The notes under the pieces are model-generated. The model had not been told where the DNA came from. It saw only the letters and a list, made by a program, of their open reading frames with translations, and ran no database searches. Of a stretch of DNA of 64,000 nucleotides, positions 1-8,858 are shown piece after piece. Made by a program: the position numbers and the translations under genes. This DNA comes from Spirochaetota bacterium (GTDB taxonomy: Bacteria; Spirochaetota; UBA12135; COTS27; CBDBHE01): assembly GCA_965205605.1 (NCBI GenBank), contig CBDBHE010000007.1:320001-384000 (forward strand), read 5' to 3'. The stretch's first letter is position 1, and each line of letters opens with the position of its first letter.

Positions 1-1138
1 GTAAAAATCGACTGCGATTAACTCCCCTTAACCCCTTCTGCGACAACAAGTAATCTTCACTCACGTATAAATTGTCCTTCGTTAAAAAATGAAACGATTG
101 TATCTCTTCCCTTCCTCCCTTCCCTCTCTCTTCTTCCTCTTCCTCTCCATTATTTCCTTTTCCTTTCCCATTCCCATTTCCATTCCCATTCCCATTCCCA
201 GTCCCATTCCCAGTCCCTTTAGAAAATGATTTAACAAATGACCCGCCTCCCGTTTTAGCACCAGAAAAAAAAGTCTTCTTTTCAATGAAGTACTCCCTTA
301 CCCAATGCTCCCTGCCTTTCGGATTGCAATCACACACCAGTTTCGAAACTCGCTCTTGCATCAAGTCACGTCCCCCATGAAGCCGAGTAAGCAACTTCTC
401 AAAATCTAAAAAATCAATGTCCGTAATCTCTCCAATAAAAATATCCGCCCATTCGCTTCCTAGCACCGCATCACGGTGGCGAGAGTTTTCAATCCCTCCC
501 ATCTCAATCACCGAACCATTCCTAAACACAATCTGCCTTTTCGCTTTCTCTTCTCTCCACTCTCCCCCTTCACCCCCCAACATCCGTTTTAAAACCCCAA
601 GCAACGTCTGCTCATATACCGTCTTCATCACACTCGTCACCGTCTTCCTCACCACTAGCCTCCTCGTCTGCGGCATCAAACAACTCCTAGCTACAAAAAA
701 AACACACAATAAAAAAGTCTTGCCAGCTCGACTAGCCCCATACAATAAAAAACTCTTCCCTTCTCCCCAAAGTCGTCCCCACACTTCCTTTTGACGCTCG
801 CTTAAATCTACCATCCGATATTTTAAAATCTCTCTCCCATTACCTCTCTCAAAACCTCTCCCATTACCTCTCTCAAAACTTCGTCCCTCTCCCAAACTTC
901 CTTCCTCCCCTCTTTCTCTTTCTCTTTCTCTTTCTCTTTCTCTTTCTCTTTCTTCCTTCCTTCTTTTGCCTTCAAATCGCTCCATCATCTCGACAAGCTT
1001 AATCAGCCCACGAGGGTCCTCTTTACTCTTCTCCATAAACCCTCTCACCATTTGCTCTACCCCTCTTAGTCCCTCTCCCTTTTCCCCAAACAAGTATTCG
1101 CTAATAAACCCTTCTATCTTTTCTAAAATCCTTCTCAT
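1..1138 (-). CDS. Phage terminase large subunit (PBSX-like), N-terminal ATPase half; runs off the left window edge
   Basis: Manual translation from ATG at 1138 (SD GGGGAGG upstream) is open to base 2. It shows a Q-motif LSERQ, Walker A LYGASRAGKT, RRLVVRKT, FRNGSVIEMGG, Walker B-like GSEWADIFIGE, coupling motif DCNPKGREHW and TKDNLYVSEDY...RSRFL. Not in the ORF track because there is no stop in the window. Confidence 0.85.
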   Translation of the reverse strand, partial: MRRILEKIEGFISEYLFGEKGEGLRGVEQMVRGFMEKSKEDPRGLIKLVEMMERFEGKRRKEERERERERERERERGEEGSLGEGRSFERGNGRGFERGNGREILKYRMVDLSERQKEVWGRLWGEGKSFLLYGASRAGKTFLLCVFFVARSCLMPQTRRLVVRKTVTSVMKTVYEQTLLGVLKRMLGGEGGEWREEKAKRQIVFRNGSVIEMGGIENSRHRDAVLGSEWADIFIGEITDIDFLDFEKLLTRLHGGRDLMQERVSKLVCDCNPKGREHWVREYFIEKKTFFSGAKTGGGSFVKSFSKGTGNGTGNGNGNGNGNGKGKGNNGEEEEEERGKGGREEIQSFHFLTKDNLYVSEDYLLSQKGLRGVNRSRFL

Positions 1139-1232
1139 TTCTATTTTTTTCCTCCCCTTGATACTTTTCTTTTAAACAGAGACTTATCTTCTCCTTTTTT
1201 TGTTTCGTTTCTTCTTCTTCTATCCTTCTCTT

Positions 1233-1349
1233 TATAAAATTAACCTATAAAATTAACCTATAAAATTAACCTATAAAATTAACCTATAAAATTAACCTAT
1301 AAAATTAACCTATAAAATTAACCTATAAAATTAACCTATAAAGTCAACC
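1233..1349. repeat. 13-bp tandem repeat (TATAAAATTAACC) x9
   Basis: Eight perfect copies plus one variant (TATAAAGTCAACC), upstream of the terminase gene. Confidence 0.95.
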
Positions 1350-1358
1350 TCATCTCTT

Positions 1359-1450
1359 ACAAACAAACTTCATCAAAAACAAACAAACTTCATCAAAAAA
1401 AAAAAAAACTTCATCAAAAAAAAAAAAAACTTCATCAAAAAAAAAAAAAA
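1359..1450. repeat. ~20-bp tandem repeat (AAACTTCATCAAAA core) x4, decaying into poly-A
   Basis: Read directly from the sequence. Confidence 0.85.
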
Positions 1451-1764
1451 AGTGTCGAAAATATAAAAATAAACATAAAAAAATAAAAAATATAAAAACA
1501 AAGAATGTTTATCTTTATCATAGAACGTCAAGCACATAAAAAGTTCGTTGCTAAACCTCAAACAAAGAAAATTAAAAACTTGCTTAAAAAAAAAATAAAA
1601 ATTAATCTTTGGTTTAAAAAAAAATAAAAATTTTTTTATCTCTTCTTACGCGCCTTATCATAAACACAGACTTTCTTCGCTTGGTTATTTCTTCTTTAAC
1701 TAAGAACTTAATAAAAAAAAACAAAATTAATTTCTGTTTATCGTTAAATGTCAAGCACATTTTT

Positions 1765-2049
1765 TTATGATATTCTTAACACCTTTTCTTTTCGGTGCCT
1801 CTCTTTTTCCACAAACTCTGGAAATAGCCTATCTACCTTCTCTCTAAGCTCTATCATCTGACAACGAGGACACTTCGCCCCAGCCACAAAGCCTCCCTTA
1901 AAACAAGCCCTCTTATCACAATGACACTTTAACCTCTCTAACATCTCTTCATCTCTCATCGAAATCGCTCGATTGTACACTTCCCTCTCTTCACTCGTGT
2001 ATCCCCATTCTTTCAGCCTCTTTTCCTTTAGCCTTCTCATCAAACTCAT
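1765..2049 (-). CDS. Hypothetical phage protein, Cys-rich (CxC...C...CxxC, possible Zn-binding)
   Basis: 94-aa ORF, purine-rich SD-like leader (GGGGAGAGAAGGG), motifs CHC and CPRC; co-oriented with the terminase. Confidence 0.6.
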   Translation of the reverse strand: MSLMRRLKEKRLKEWGYTSEEREVYNRAISMRDEEMLERLKCHCDKRACFKGGFVAGAKCPRCQMIELREKVDRLFPEFVEKERHRKEKVLRIS

Positions 2050-2314
2050 CCCTTCTCTCCCCTCTCATTTTTTTTTTTTTTTTCCTCAAAACTCTTTTTA
2101 AAATCAAAAAAAAAAAAAAAGTCGTTTTTAGATTACGCCAGTTTCCTCTCCTGTCAATTAATTTTCCCTCCCCTCAATGTGAAGCAGTCACTTTAAAAAC
2201 AATCCACACTCCTCCGTGCTTTTAAAACAGCAGCATTTTTTTTAATTTTTTCTTTTTTTTATGATATCCTTGACATTCGATAATAAATACATAAAAAAAT
2301 TAAAGGAGACTGCT

Positions 2315-2596
2315 ATGAGAGGATTGATTCATTTTTTTAGAGAGCTTGTCGGAGAGATTACAGAGTTGCTAATGGAGATTTTTGGGGAAAGAATGCGCTT
2401 ACTGCTCAGTGAATTGTTAAAAACTTCTTTCATTGCGATTTTACTCATCGCCTCGCTTCAAATCTTAGAAATCCCCTTTTTTAATCAAATCGATGTTTTA
2501 GGGCGGACTTTAAACCTCATTGACCGACTAGGCGACTGGGCAGGGTGGTTGGCTTTATTCACAGCTCTTTACTTTATTTCAAAACAAACCAAATGA
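2315..2596 (+). CDS. Small membrane protein with 2 predicted TM segments
   Basis: SD AAGGAG precedes ATG 2315, which is in frame with ORF 2261..2596; two hydrophobic stretches and a basic C-terminus. Confidence 0.6.
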   Translation: MRGLIHFFRELVGEITELLMEIFGERMRLLLSELLKTSFIAILLIASLQILEIPFFNQIDVLGRTLNLIDRLGDWAGWLALFTALYFISKQTK

Positions 2597-2708
2597 ACTC
2601 CATTTTACAAAAAAAAAAAAGTAAATTATTTTCTTAATTAAAAAAATAAAATTAATCTCTGTTTATCTTAAAAAGTTAAGCATCTCAAAAAAAAAAAAAA
2701 AAAAAAAG

Positions 2709-2736
2709 TTGACCAACTCTTTTTTGGTTTTACAAT
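2709..2736 (+). promoter_or_regulatory. Sigma70-like promoter for the replication initiator gene, preceded by an A21 tract
   Basis: TTGACC-16 bp-TACAAT; SD AAGGAG further downstream before ATG 2793. Confidence 0.5.
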
Positions 2737-2792
2737 TTACTTATTCTTGCCCCTTACAGCAATAAACCACCCAAAGGAGACCATCAAAGCCA

Positions 2793-3662
2793 ATGAAACC
2801 TCTCGTTAACGAGTTTTCTTTAATTTTTAGCCCAAGCCTTTCAAAACACTTGGGACTCAAACAAGCCATTTTCTTGCAACAACTTCATTACTGGATTGTT
2901 AAAAAAATCGAAAAAGACCCCGAAAATCCAAAGTCTTTTTGGGTTTACAACACCGCAAAACAGTGGTGCGAGCAACTGCCTTTTTTGTCTGAAAAATCTT
3001 TCTGGCGACTTATCTCGTCTTTGAAAAAAAAAAACCTTCTGCTTGTCTCAAACCAAAACCGACTTAAGTTTGATAAAACTAATTGGTATTCTCTCCATTA
3101 CCAAAACTTGCATTCTCTTTTTAAATGGCCTCTATCATCGGCCCCTTCATCACAACCAACTGCTTCATCACAATCCCCCAAAAGTCGTTTAAGCTCTAAC
3201 CCTCCTCCTCCATTGTTTCCCACTCCTTTAGTCCAAATTGACCCTTCCCACCTGCCCCCTTTGACCCCCCCTATACCAGAGACTAACCCTAAGACTACTC
3301 ATCCATCTATTTCTTTATCCATTCCTTCCCCATCACCTACTGATTTTTCTTTACCCCCTCAAGAGCCGTCATTAAAAAAACCCTTAGAAGAGAAAAATGT
3401 TTTTTTAAGTAAATCTCAAGTGGTCTTTTTGTTAAAAAAATATTCCAAGACCTTGCTTAGGAAGTTTATTAAAAAATTAAGCTTGTACAAGTGGTCTTCG
3501 GGAAAAAAGTACGCATGTGATTTCGCTGCAATTTTAAACTGGGTGGCCGTGGCCGTCTTGAAAGAAGAAAAAACAGCTTCGCGAAAACCTAGCTCAAGGG
3601 CTTATAAACTCCACCCCAATCAAAGGGCTCTTAAACGCTATTTGGAAATGGAAAAAAATTAA
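2793..3662 (+). CDS. Phage replication initiator / replisome organizer
   Basis: N-terminal wHTH motif LGLKQAIFLQQLHYW...WVYNT..QW..QLPF.SE; Pro/Ser linker; C-terminal GKKY.CDFAAILNW, typical of phage initiators. Confidence 0.8.
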   Translation: MKPLVNEFSLIFSPSLSKHLGLKQAIFLQQLHYWIVKKIEKDPENPKSFWVYNTAKQWCEQLPFLSEKSFWRLISSLKKKNLLLVSNQNRLKFDKTNWYSLHYQNLHSLFKWPLSSAPSSQPTASSQSPKSRLSSNPPPPLFPTPLVQIDPSHLPPLTPPIPETNPKTTHPSISLSIPSPSPTDFSLPPQEPSLKKPLEEKNVFLSKSQVVFLLKKYSKTLLRKFIKKLSLYKWSSGKKYACDFAAILNWVAVAVLKEEKTASRKPSSRAYKLHPNQRALKRYLEMEKN

Positions 3663-3876
3663 ATACTTCATTTAAAAACTACCTTTAAAAAACTCTATTT
3701 AAGAAAAAATAACCAAGGAAAAAGTATTTATATTGATGATTAAACGTTAAGAACATTTTTTTTATGTGCTTAAGTGTTCTACGATTTACACACCCTCTCT
3801 TTGCTTGGCATTTCTTCTTTAACCCCGCATATAAAAAAAAATGTTAAGCACAGGAAAGAATAAAAAAGGAGTCAAA

Positions 3877-4179
3877 ATGGACGTAGAGAAAAAGAAAGTG
3901 TTAAAAATGGTGATGAGTCTTTTTGAGTCAAAGCTCAAGCGATATAATGAAAACACTTTGGAAGTTTGGGTTGAGATGTTAAGGGGTTATGAAGAGAAAA
4001 AACTCAATGACGTATTTTTACAAGTCATTCGTAGTGGGGATGAGTTTCCTTCGGTTGGGAAAATGATTGAAATCATGGAGCACGGGGAGCTTTTAAATGA
4101 AAGCGAGCGTCAAGAAATCTACTACCGGCAAAAACGAAAAGAAGCTTTATTACTTTTAGAGGAGGCAAAGGAGGAATAA
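3877..4179 (+). CDS. Putative helicase loader/inhibitor (SPP1 G39P-like)
   Basis: SD AAGGAG before ATG 3877; pattern VW.EML.GY....L..VF...I.....FPSV; lies directly after the initiator. Confidence 0.55.
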   Translation: MDVEKKKVLKMVMSLFESKLKRYNENTLEVWVEMLRGYEEKKLNDVFLQVIRSGDEFPSVGKMIEIMEHGELLNESERQEIYYRQKRKEALLLLEEAKEE

Positions 4180-4218
4180 AAAAACAAGAAGAAATAAAAA
4201 AAAACGAGGAGGTAATCC

Positions 4219-4659
4219 GTGAAACATGGTGATAAAAAAGCAAGTGAGTTAAAAGGTTTTAGTGGTCTAAAGGGAGAAGTAAGTGTGTACTTGGAAGGGC
4301 TAAAAAAAAGACTGGGAAGGGAGGAGAAGGACAAAAGTTGTCCGCGATGTCAAGGCAAAATGGTGATGCTAGGAGGGAAGGTGTTTTGTGGGGAGTTTTG
4401 TTTTGAAGAAGAAAAGGAAGCGAAGAAAAAGAAGGACAAAAGAAGGATGAAGCTAACGATGTTTGATGAAAAGATGCAGCAACTTTTTTTGTCTAAAGGG
4501 AGGAAGGTGCCTTCGATTGAGATGGTGAAGATTTGGTGGGAGGTGGTTTGCGAAGAGCAAGAAGAAAGTTTAAGGGGTGGATTTAAAACGTATATGATGA
4601 GTCTTAGGAGTGATTTGCAAGTTTCTGTTTTATTGGATTTTGCTAGGAATAGCCGCTAA
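4219..4659 (+). CDS. Phage hypothetical protein: Zn-ribbon (CPRC...CGEFC) plus a second G39P-like helical domain
   Basis: SD GAGGAGG before GTG; CxxC/CxxxC pairs; C-terminal IWWEVV...LRGGF pattern resembles the upstream ORF. Confidence 0.55.
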   Translation: MKHGDKKASELKGFSGLKGEVSVYLEGLKKRLGREEKDKSCPRCQGKMVMLGGKVFCGEFCFEEEKEAKKKKDKRRMKLTMFDEKMQQLFLSKGRKVPSIEMVKIWWEVVCEEQEESLRGGFKTYMMSLRSDLQVSVLLDFARNSR

Positions 4660-5032
4660 GAAAAGGCTTTATTTTAGAAGGAATAATAAAGCGAAGAGTA
4701 TTTATATTTATGAAAAAAAATATCAAGCGAAGACAATTTTTGTTTGTCGTTAAATGTCAAGCTTTAACATAAAGTTTAAGAAAAAATAATAAAGCGAAGA
4801 GTATTTATATTTATCCGAAGAGTATTTATATTTATGATCAGGTGTGAAGCCGATCAAAAAAAAAAAAAAAAAAAAAAAGTGAAAAGTGTTAAGAACATAA
4901 AAAAAAAAAATCGTTAAATTTGAAGAACACAGGAAAATAAATAAGATACCGAAGACGTAGAAAAAACAATGGCTTTCATTTAAGAAAGAATAATGAACTC
5001 TATTTAAGAAGATAAAAAAAAGAAAAGAGGTA

Positions 5033-5356
5033 GTGAAAAGTATGGAAAAAATCAAAAATGAAAATAAAGAAACAGGAAGTTTTTTTGGAGAGAAGAAATT
5101 GGAAGTATTACTCAATCGAGTGAGGATGAAGATAAAATACGGCACTGACTTGACGATTGGAGAAGTGGCGGCTTACTTATCGCTGAGTGTGAGCAAAGTG
5201 AGGAACTTACTGGGGCTAGGGAAGGTTTTTTATGAAGGGAGGTGGCTTTTTTCGACTAAGAAATTAAACTTCATTCGGTTAGGACGTTCTATTCGGATAC
5301 CGACGAAATCATTTTTACTGTTTTTAAAAGAGACGGAGAACGAAAAGGATGTTTAA
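5033..5356 (+). CDS. Excisionase-like (HTH_17/MerR-type) DNA-binding protein
   Basis: LTIGEVAAYLSLSVSKVRNLL...IRLGRSIRIP motif; SD GAGG. Confidence 0.8.
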   Translation: MKSMEKIKNENKETGSFFGEKKLEVLLNRVRMKIKYGTDLTIGEVAAYLSLSVSKVRNLLGLGKVFYEGRWLFSTKKLNFIRLGRSIRIPTKSFLLFLKETENEKDV

Positions 5357-5619
5357 AAACTTGCTTAAAGAAGAAATGTGAAGGAAGATTTGACATAAAA
5401 AAAAGAAGCGAAGAGTATTGATATTTATGATTAAACGTGAAGGACAGGAAAAAAGATAACATAAAAGATATCAAGGAGATAATAAAGAAACTTGATAGAA
5501 TGGGAAAGGAATGCTAAGATGATGTTTTTGGTGATTAGAGGGGCTAAAGAAATAAAAAGGCCGTGAGAAAAAAGGGCTTTAAAGGGTTTTAAAGGGTTTT
5601 TAAAAGGAGGTGGTATGGG

Positions 5620-6009
5620 ATGAAACGAACTGAGCTGGAAAGGAAAAAGAGAGACTTAAAAAAAAGAGAGAAGAAAGAGAAGTTGCTGGCAGAAAAGATT
5701 GAGCTTAGGGAATTAGTCCGTGGTGAAGTCCACAGCGAAGATTTTTTTAAGGAAGGGGGTGGAGGAGAAAAAGGTGGTATGAGGAAAGGAGCGGGAGTTT
5801 ATATCAAGACATTAAGTGGATTATTTCGGTATGACGAGGAAGAGATTTACAATTTAAGTGACGAGAGGATTTTAAACGTGCTCATTGAGATAAAGGAGGT
5901 GGTACCGAGAACGAAATGGGACAATGTTTTGAGGAAAGCGATTAGGAGCACGAAGGTAAGGAAAAAAGAGAATGCTTTTATTGAGTTAAAATCTCTTTTG
6001 GAAGATTAA
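5620..6009 (+). CDS. Conserved hypothetical protein, probably host-derived
   Basis: Strong SD AAGGAGGT; upstream TTGATA-17-TAAGAT. The C-terminal YDEEEIYNLSD...W..VLRKAIR.T.V domain resembles, from memory, spirochaete hypotheticals. Confidence 0.65.
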   Translation: MKRTELERKKRDLKKREKKEKLLAEKIELRELVRGEVHSEDFFKEGGGGEKGGMRKGAGVYIKTLSGLFRYDEEEIYNLSDERILNVLIEIKEVVPRTKWDNVLRKAIRSTKVRKKENAFIELKSLLED

Positions 6010-6092
6010 AGGCTTGGTTTAAGGCTTGGTTTAAGGCTTGATTTAAGGCTTGATTTAAGGCTTGATTTAAGGCTTGATTTAAGGCTTGATTT
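6009..6092. repeat. 12-bp tandem repeat (AAGGCTTGRTTT) x7
   Basis: Copies start at 6009, 6021, 6033, 6045, 6057, 6069 and 6081. Confidence 0.95.
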
Positions 6093-6263
6093 AAAAACTC
6101 TATTTAAGAAAAAATAACGAAGCGAAAAAAAGTCTTTGTTTTACAAAAAATAATAAAGCAAATTATTTTCTTAATTAAAAAAACAGAATTAATTTTTGTT
6201 TGTCGTTAAATGTCAAGCATATGAAAAAAGAATCATAAGATTTTAATCAAAGGGAAGAAGGCT

Positions 6264-8858
6264 ATGAAAAAAAAGACTTTATTAATTTTATTGGTAATGT
6301 TGATGTTTTGGCTAGAGGTTTGGAGTGCTGATAGAGAGCGAGAAAGGAGCGGAGTGATATTAAAACGAGGGGATAATTTTTTTAAGGAAGTTTATTTAGA
6401 AGGTACACTTGAGGTTTTTTTAGAGAACAGGGTTGACTTTGGGACGGTTCAAAATGAGACGGTGGGGGGGCTTAGTGAGAGTGAGCGGTATGTATTTTCG
6501 CTAAGGGGAGGAGGGTATGTTTGGAATCAATTTTTTTATCAAGGCTTTAATATCACTGATAGCTTGATTAGTGGCAGTAGTTTGTATAAGCTTTTTCTTT
6601 TTGACAAGAGGTTGGAGATTAATGGGTCGAAGGGGCACTTTTCAATCGAGGACGATTTTTTGGGGGGAAGCGAATGGAGGATAGAAGGGCAGGTTTCTCC
6701 TTTTGGGGAGCGATTTTTTTTAGCGGATGCTTGGACGAGAGAGCTTGGAGGGTATTCTTCGGTGTATGAGAGGGAGGGCAATTTACTAAAGGACGAGGGG
6801 AAGAGGAGGGGACGAGTACCGTTTAGTTTTTCAGGGATGGTGAGGAAGGTGTTGAAGAGAGGTGGTGAGGAAAGGAATGAGGCAGGAGGAGGGAATGGGA
6901 GAGGGAGAGGAAATAATTCAGTAAGTGTGTTTGAAATGAGTTATCTTGAGATGAGGCGAGAGTTAAGAGAGATTGATTTTAGAGGGGAGGAGGGACGATA
7001 TGAGAGTGGGTTTAGGCGATTGGGGGGACGGTTTGAAAAGAAGTGGACTAGTGGAGTGGGGGAAGGGGCTAGTGAGTGGCACTTAGGGCAATTATTTTTG
7101 GTGAGTGAGAATGATAATTTTGATTCTTATTTAGGGCTGGATAAGAGGGAAGGGAGAAGGTTAGGAGGTGGGACGTGGAGTAGTTTTTTAAAGGGGAAGA
7201 AAGGAGGGTGGGAAGGCACTGGGGGAGTGAATGTGTCTTATAAGAGATTTGAAGGGCAAGTGGGAGGAGAAGGAGGAGTAAGTTATAATGTTTTTGATTT
7301 AGGGGGAGAGAGGGTGGGGTCTTTTTTATCTCCTTTGTATGAAGGGGTGAGTGTGTCGGTTCCTTTGAAGGTAGAGCTTGATTTAGAGGGGAAGGGATGG
7401 ATGAGGGGGACGAAAATAGTTTTAGATTCGAAGGATGATTTTATTTTCACATTTCCGGTTGTGAGGCGACGAACGCATGGGGTGTATTTTGAAACGGAAG
7501 AGGAACGTTTTTCACTTTACGCTAGGAGGGAGGTGTTGAGGGAAAGTGAGAGTTGGTTAAGTCATCGGTCTTTAGGGATAAAGGGATTTATGGATTGGTT
7601 TAAGGATAGGTTTTTTATGAGTGCGTGGGAGGTAGCGATGGAGGGGAGTGGGTTTATAATTAGAGGGGAGGAGAGATTATTTTTTATGAACGCGAGTTTT
7701 GAATTAAAAAACAGCTTTAATTTCAGCGATATTTTTGAAATTGAAATTGATATTGGGAAAAAGAACATTGGTTTAGAGAGCAAAACGATGTTATTTTTTT
7801 CCGACTCTTTTTCATCGAGTGAGAGTTATTACTGGGCGGATAAGAACGACAATCAAAGAGTAGAAGAAGGAGAAGTAAGTGAGAAGGTGTTTGATACGAG
7901 CGGAGGGAGATGGCATCGACTGAGGGAAGATTTAAGACAACCGTATTTGTTGTATTTGGAACTTCCTTTGAGGGTGAGGGCGAGTGAAGCGATTGGTTTT
8001 GAGTGGGGATTTTCTTACCGTTCGTTTAGGGACTTGTACTGGGTGAGTTACAAGGAAGATGAGAGGGAGGTAGGGTTTTTTGAAACCGATGAAGAAGGAA
8101 GGGAGTGGTATTTTTTAAAGGAAGGGGAGAAGGTCTATGAAGTGGGTAATTTTAATTTAAATGAAGGGTTGCTAAAAGAAAGGGTGAGTGAAGAAGAGTG
8201 GCCCAGGGGTCATTTTTTTTTAGAGCATCCTTTTTATTTATCGATGAGGCTTGGGCTTGATTATGAAAAGGAAGACATTAGGGCTGGGATTAGTTTCACG
8301 GCATTTTTAGTGATGATGATAAACAGCAGGGGAAATGGGGTAGGTTATCAAAGCTTGGGCTTACTTTCAGAACAAACGGCAAACCCAAACGGGTATCGAT
8401 TTTCAGCGGGCAGAGGAGATGCTGATAGGGGGTATTTTATGAAAGCGTATTATTACCATAAAATCAATTCGCATTTTTCTAGCAGCTGGACTCTCAAGTA
8501 TCGAGACGGACAACCTTTTGGGGTATCTGAGAGTCGAGTCAAAGAAACGGCTCTTGTGGGGGGAGGAAAAGGGAGGCAAGTGAGTTTTCAAAGAAGTAAT
8601 GTGCATGGAGACAATATTTTCAATGGTAAGTTTGGCAGGAGAGAAGACTCTCACTGGGATTTAAGTGGGCGCTTTAGAGTTTATTTTTTTAAAAGCAAAA
8701 AAAAGAATCTCAGTTTTTTTTTTTCTGTGGAAAACCTCCTTGACTTGGGGTCTGCTATCCTAGAAGACACGTTAAGGGAGGAGGGCAAAAAAAATCGACT
8801 TGCTCTCAAAGTAGAGCCGCCTAGGTCTGTTAGTGTGGGGTTAGAAGGGACTTTTTAA
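6264..8858 (+). CDS. Outer-membrane beta-barrel protein, TonB-dependent receptor-like
   Basis: Signal peptide; alternating beta-strand pattern; VENLLD and PPRSVSVGLEGTF C-terminus ending in Phe. Confidence 0.7.
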   Translation: MKKKTLLILLVMLMFWLEVWSADRERERSGVILKRGDNFFKEVYLEGTLEVFLENRVDFGTVQNETVGGLSESERYVFSLRGGGYVWNQFFYQGFNITDSLISGSSLYKLFLFDKRLEINGSKGHFSIEDDFLGGSEWRIEGQVSPFGERFFLADAWTRELGGYSSVYEREGNLLKDEGKRRGRVPFSFSGMVRKVLKRGGEERNEAGGGNGRGRGNNSVSVFEMSYLEMRRELREIDFRGEEGRYESGFRRLGGRFEKKWTSGVGEGASEWHLGQLFLVSENDNFDSYLGLDKREGRRLGGGTWSSFLKGKKGGWEGTGGVNVSYKRFEGQVGGEGGVSYNVFDLGGERVGSFLSPLYEGVSVSVPLKVELDLEGKGWMRGTKIVLDSKDDFIFTFPVVRRRTHGVYFETEEERFSLYARREVLRESESWLSHRSLGIKGFMDWFKDRFFMSAWEVAMEGSGFIIRGEERLFFMNASFELKNSFNFSDIFEIEIDIGKKNIGLESKTMLFFSDSFSSSESYYWADKNDNQRVEEGEVSEKVFDTSGGRWHRLREDLRQPYLLYLELPLRVRASEAIGFEWGFSYRSFRDLYWVSYKEDEREVGFFETDEEGREWYFLKEGEKVYEVGNFNLNEGLLKERVSEEEWPRGHFFLEHPFYLSMRLGLDYEKEDIRAGISFTAFLVMMINSRGNGVGYQSLGLLSEQTANPNGYRFSAGRGDADRGYFMKAYYYHKINSHFSSSWTLKYRDGQPFGVSESRVKETALVGGGKGRQVSFQRSNVHGDNIFNGKFGRREDSHWDLSGRFRVYFFKSKKKNLSFFFSVENLLDLGSAILEDTLREEGKKNRLALKVEPPRSVSVGLEGTF

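Larger units (their letters stand above)
1490..6222. repeat. Dispersed, degenerate ~55-65-bp intergenic repeat family, >=10 copies in both orientations
   Basis: Approximate consensus AAGAAAAAATAAYMAAGCGAAGAGTATTTATATTTATGATTAAAYGTYAAGCACAT. Copies near 1490(+), 1650(-), 1709(+), 2622(+), 3691(+), 3762(-), 4668(+), 4718(+), 4775(+), 5400(+), 6096(+), 6160(+). Confidence 0.75.

Noticed and set aside
82-1175. ORF-track calls 82..285(-), 417..794(+) and 966..1175(+)
   Set aside because: They are alternate-frame or antisense shadows of the terminase gene.
2315-2596. Holin assignment
   Set aside because: Size and two TM segments fit, but there is no adjacent endolysin and it lies in the replication arm; left as a membrane protein.
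1373-5474. Phe-rich short ORFs 1373..1561, 4122..4334, 4750..5145 and 5289..5474
   Set aside because: Products of poly-A tracts and repeats read on the opposite strand; no protein-like features.
5357-6263. Prophage attachment site or tRNA at the right boundary
   Set aside because: No tRNA fold or integrase is visible, and a matching att copy cannot be assessed because the left end is outside the window.
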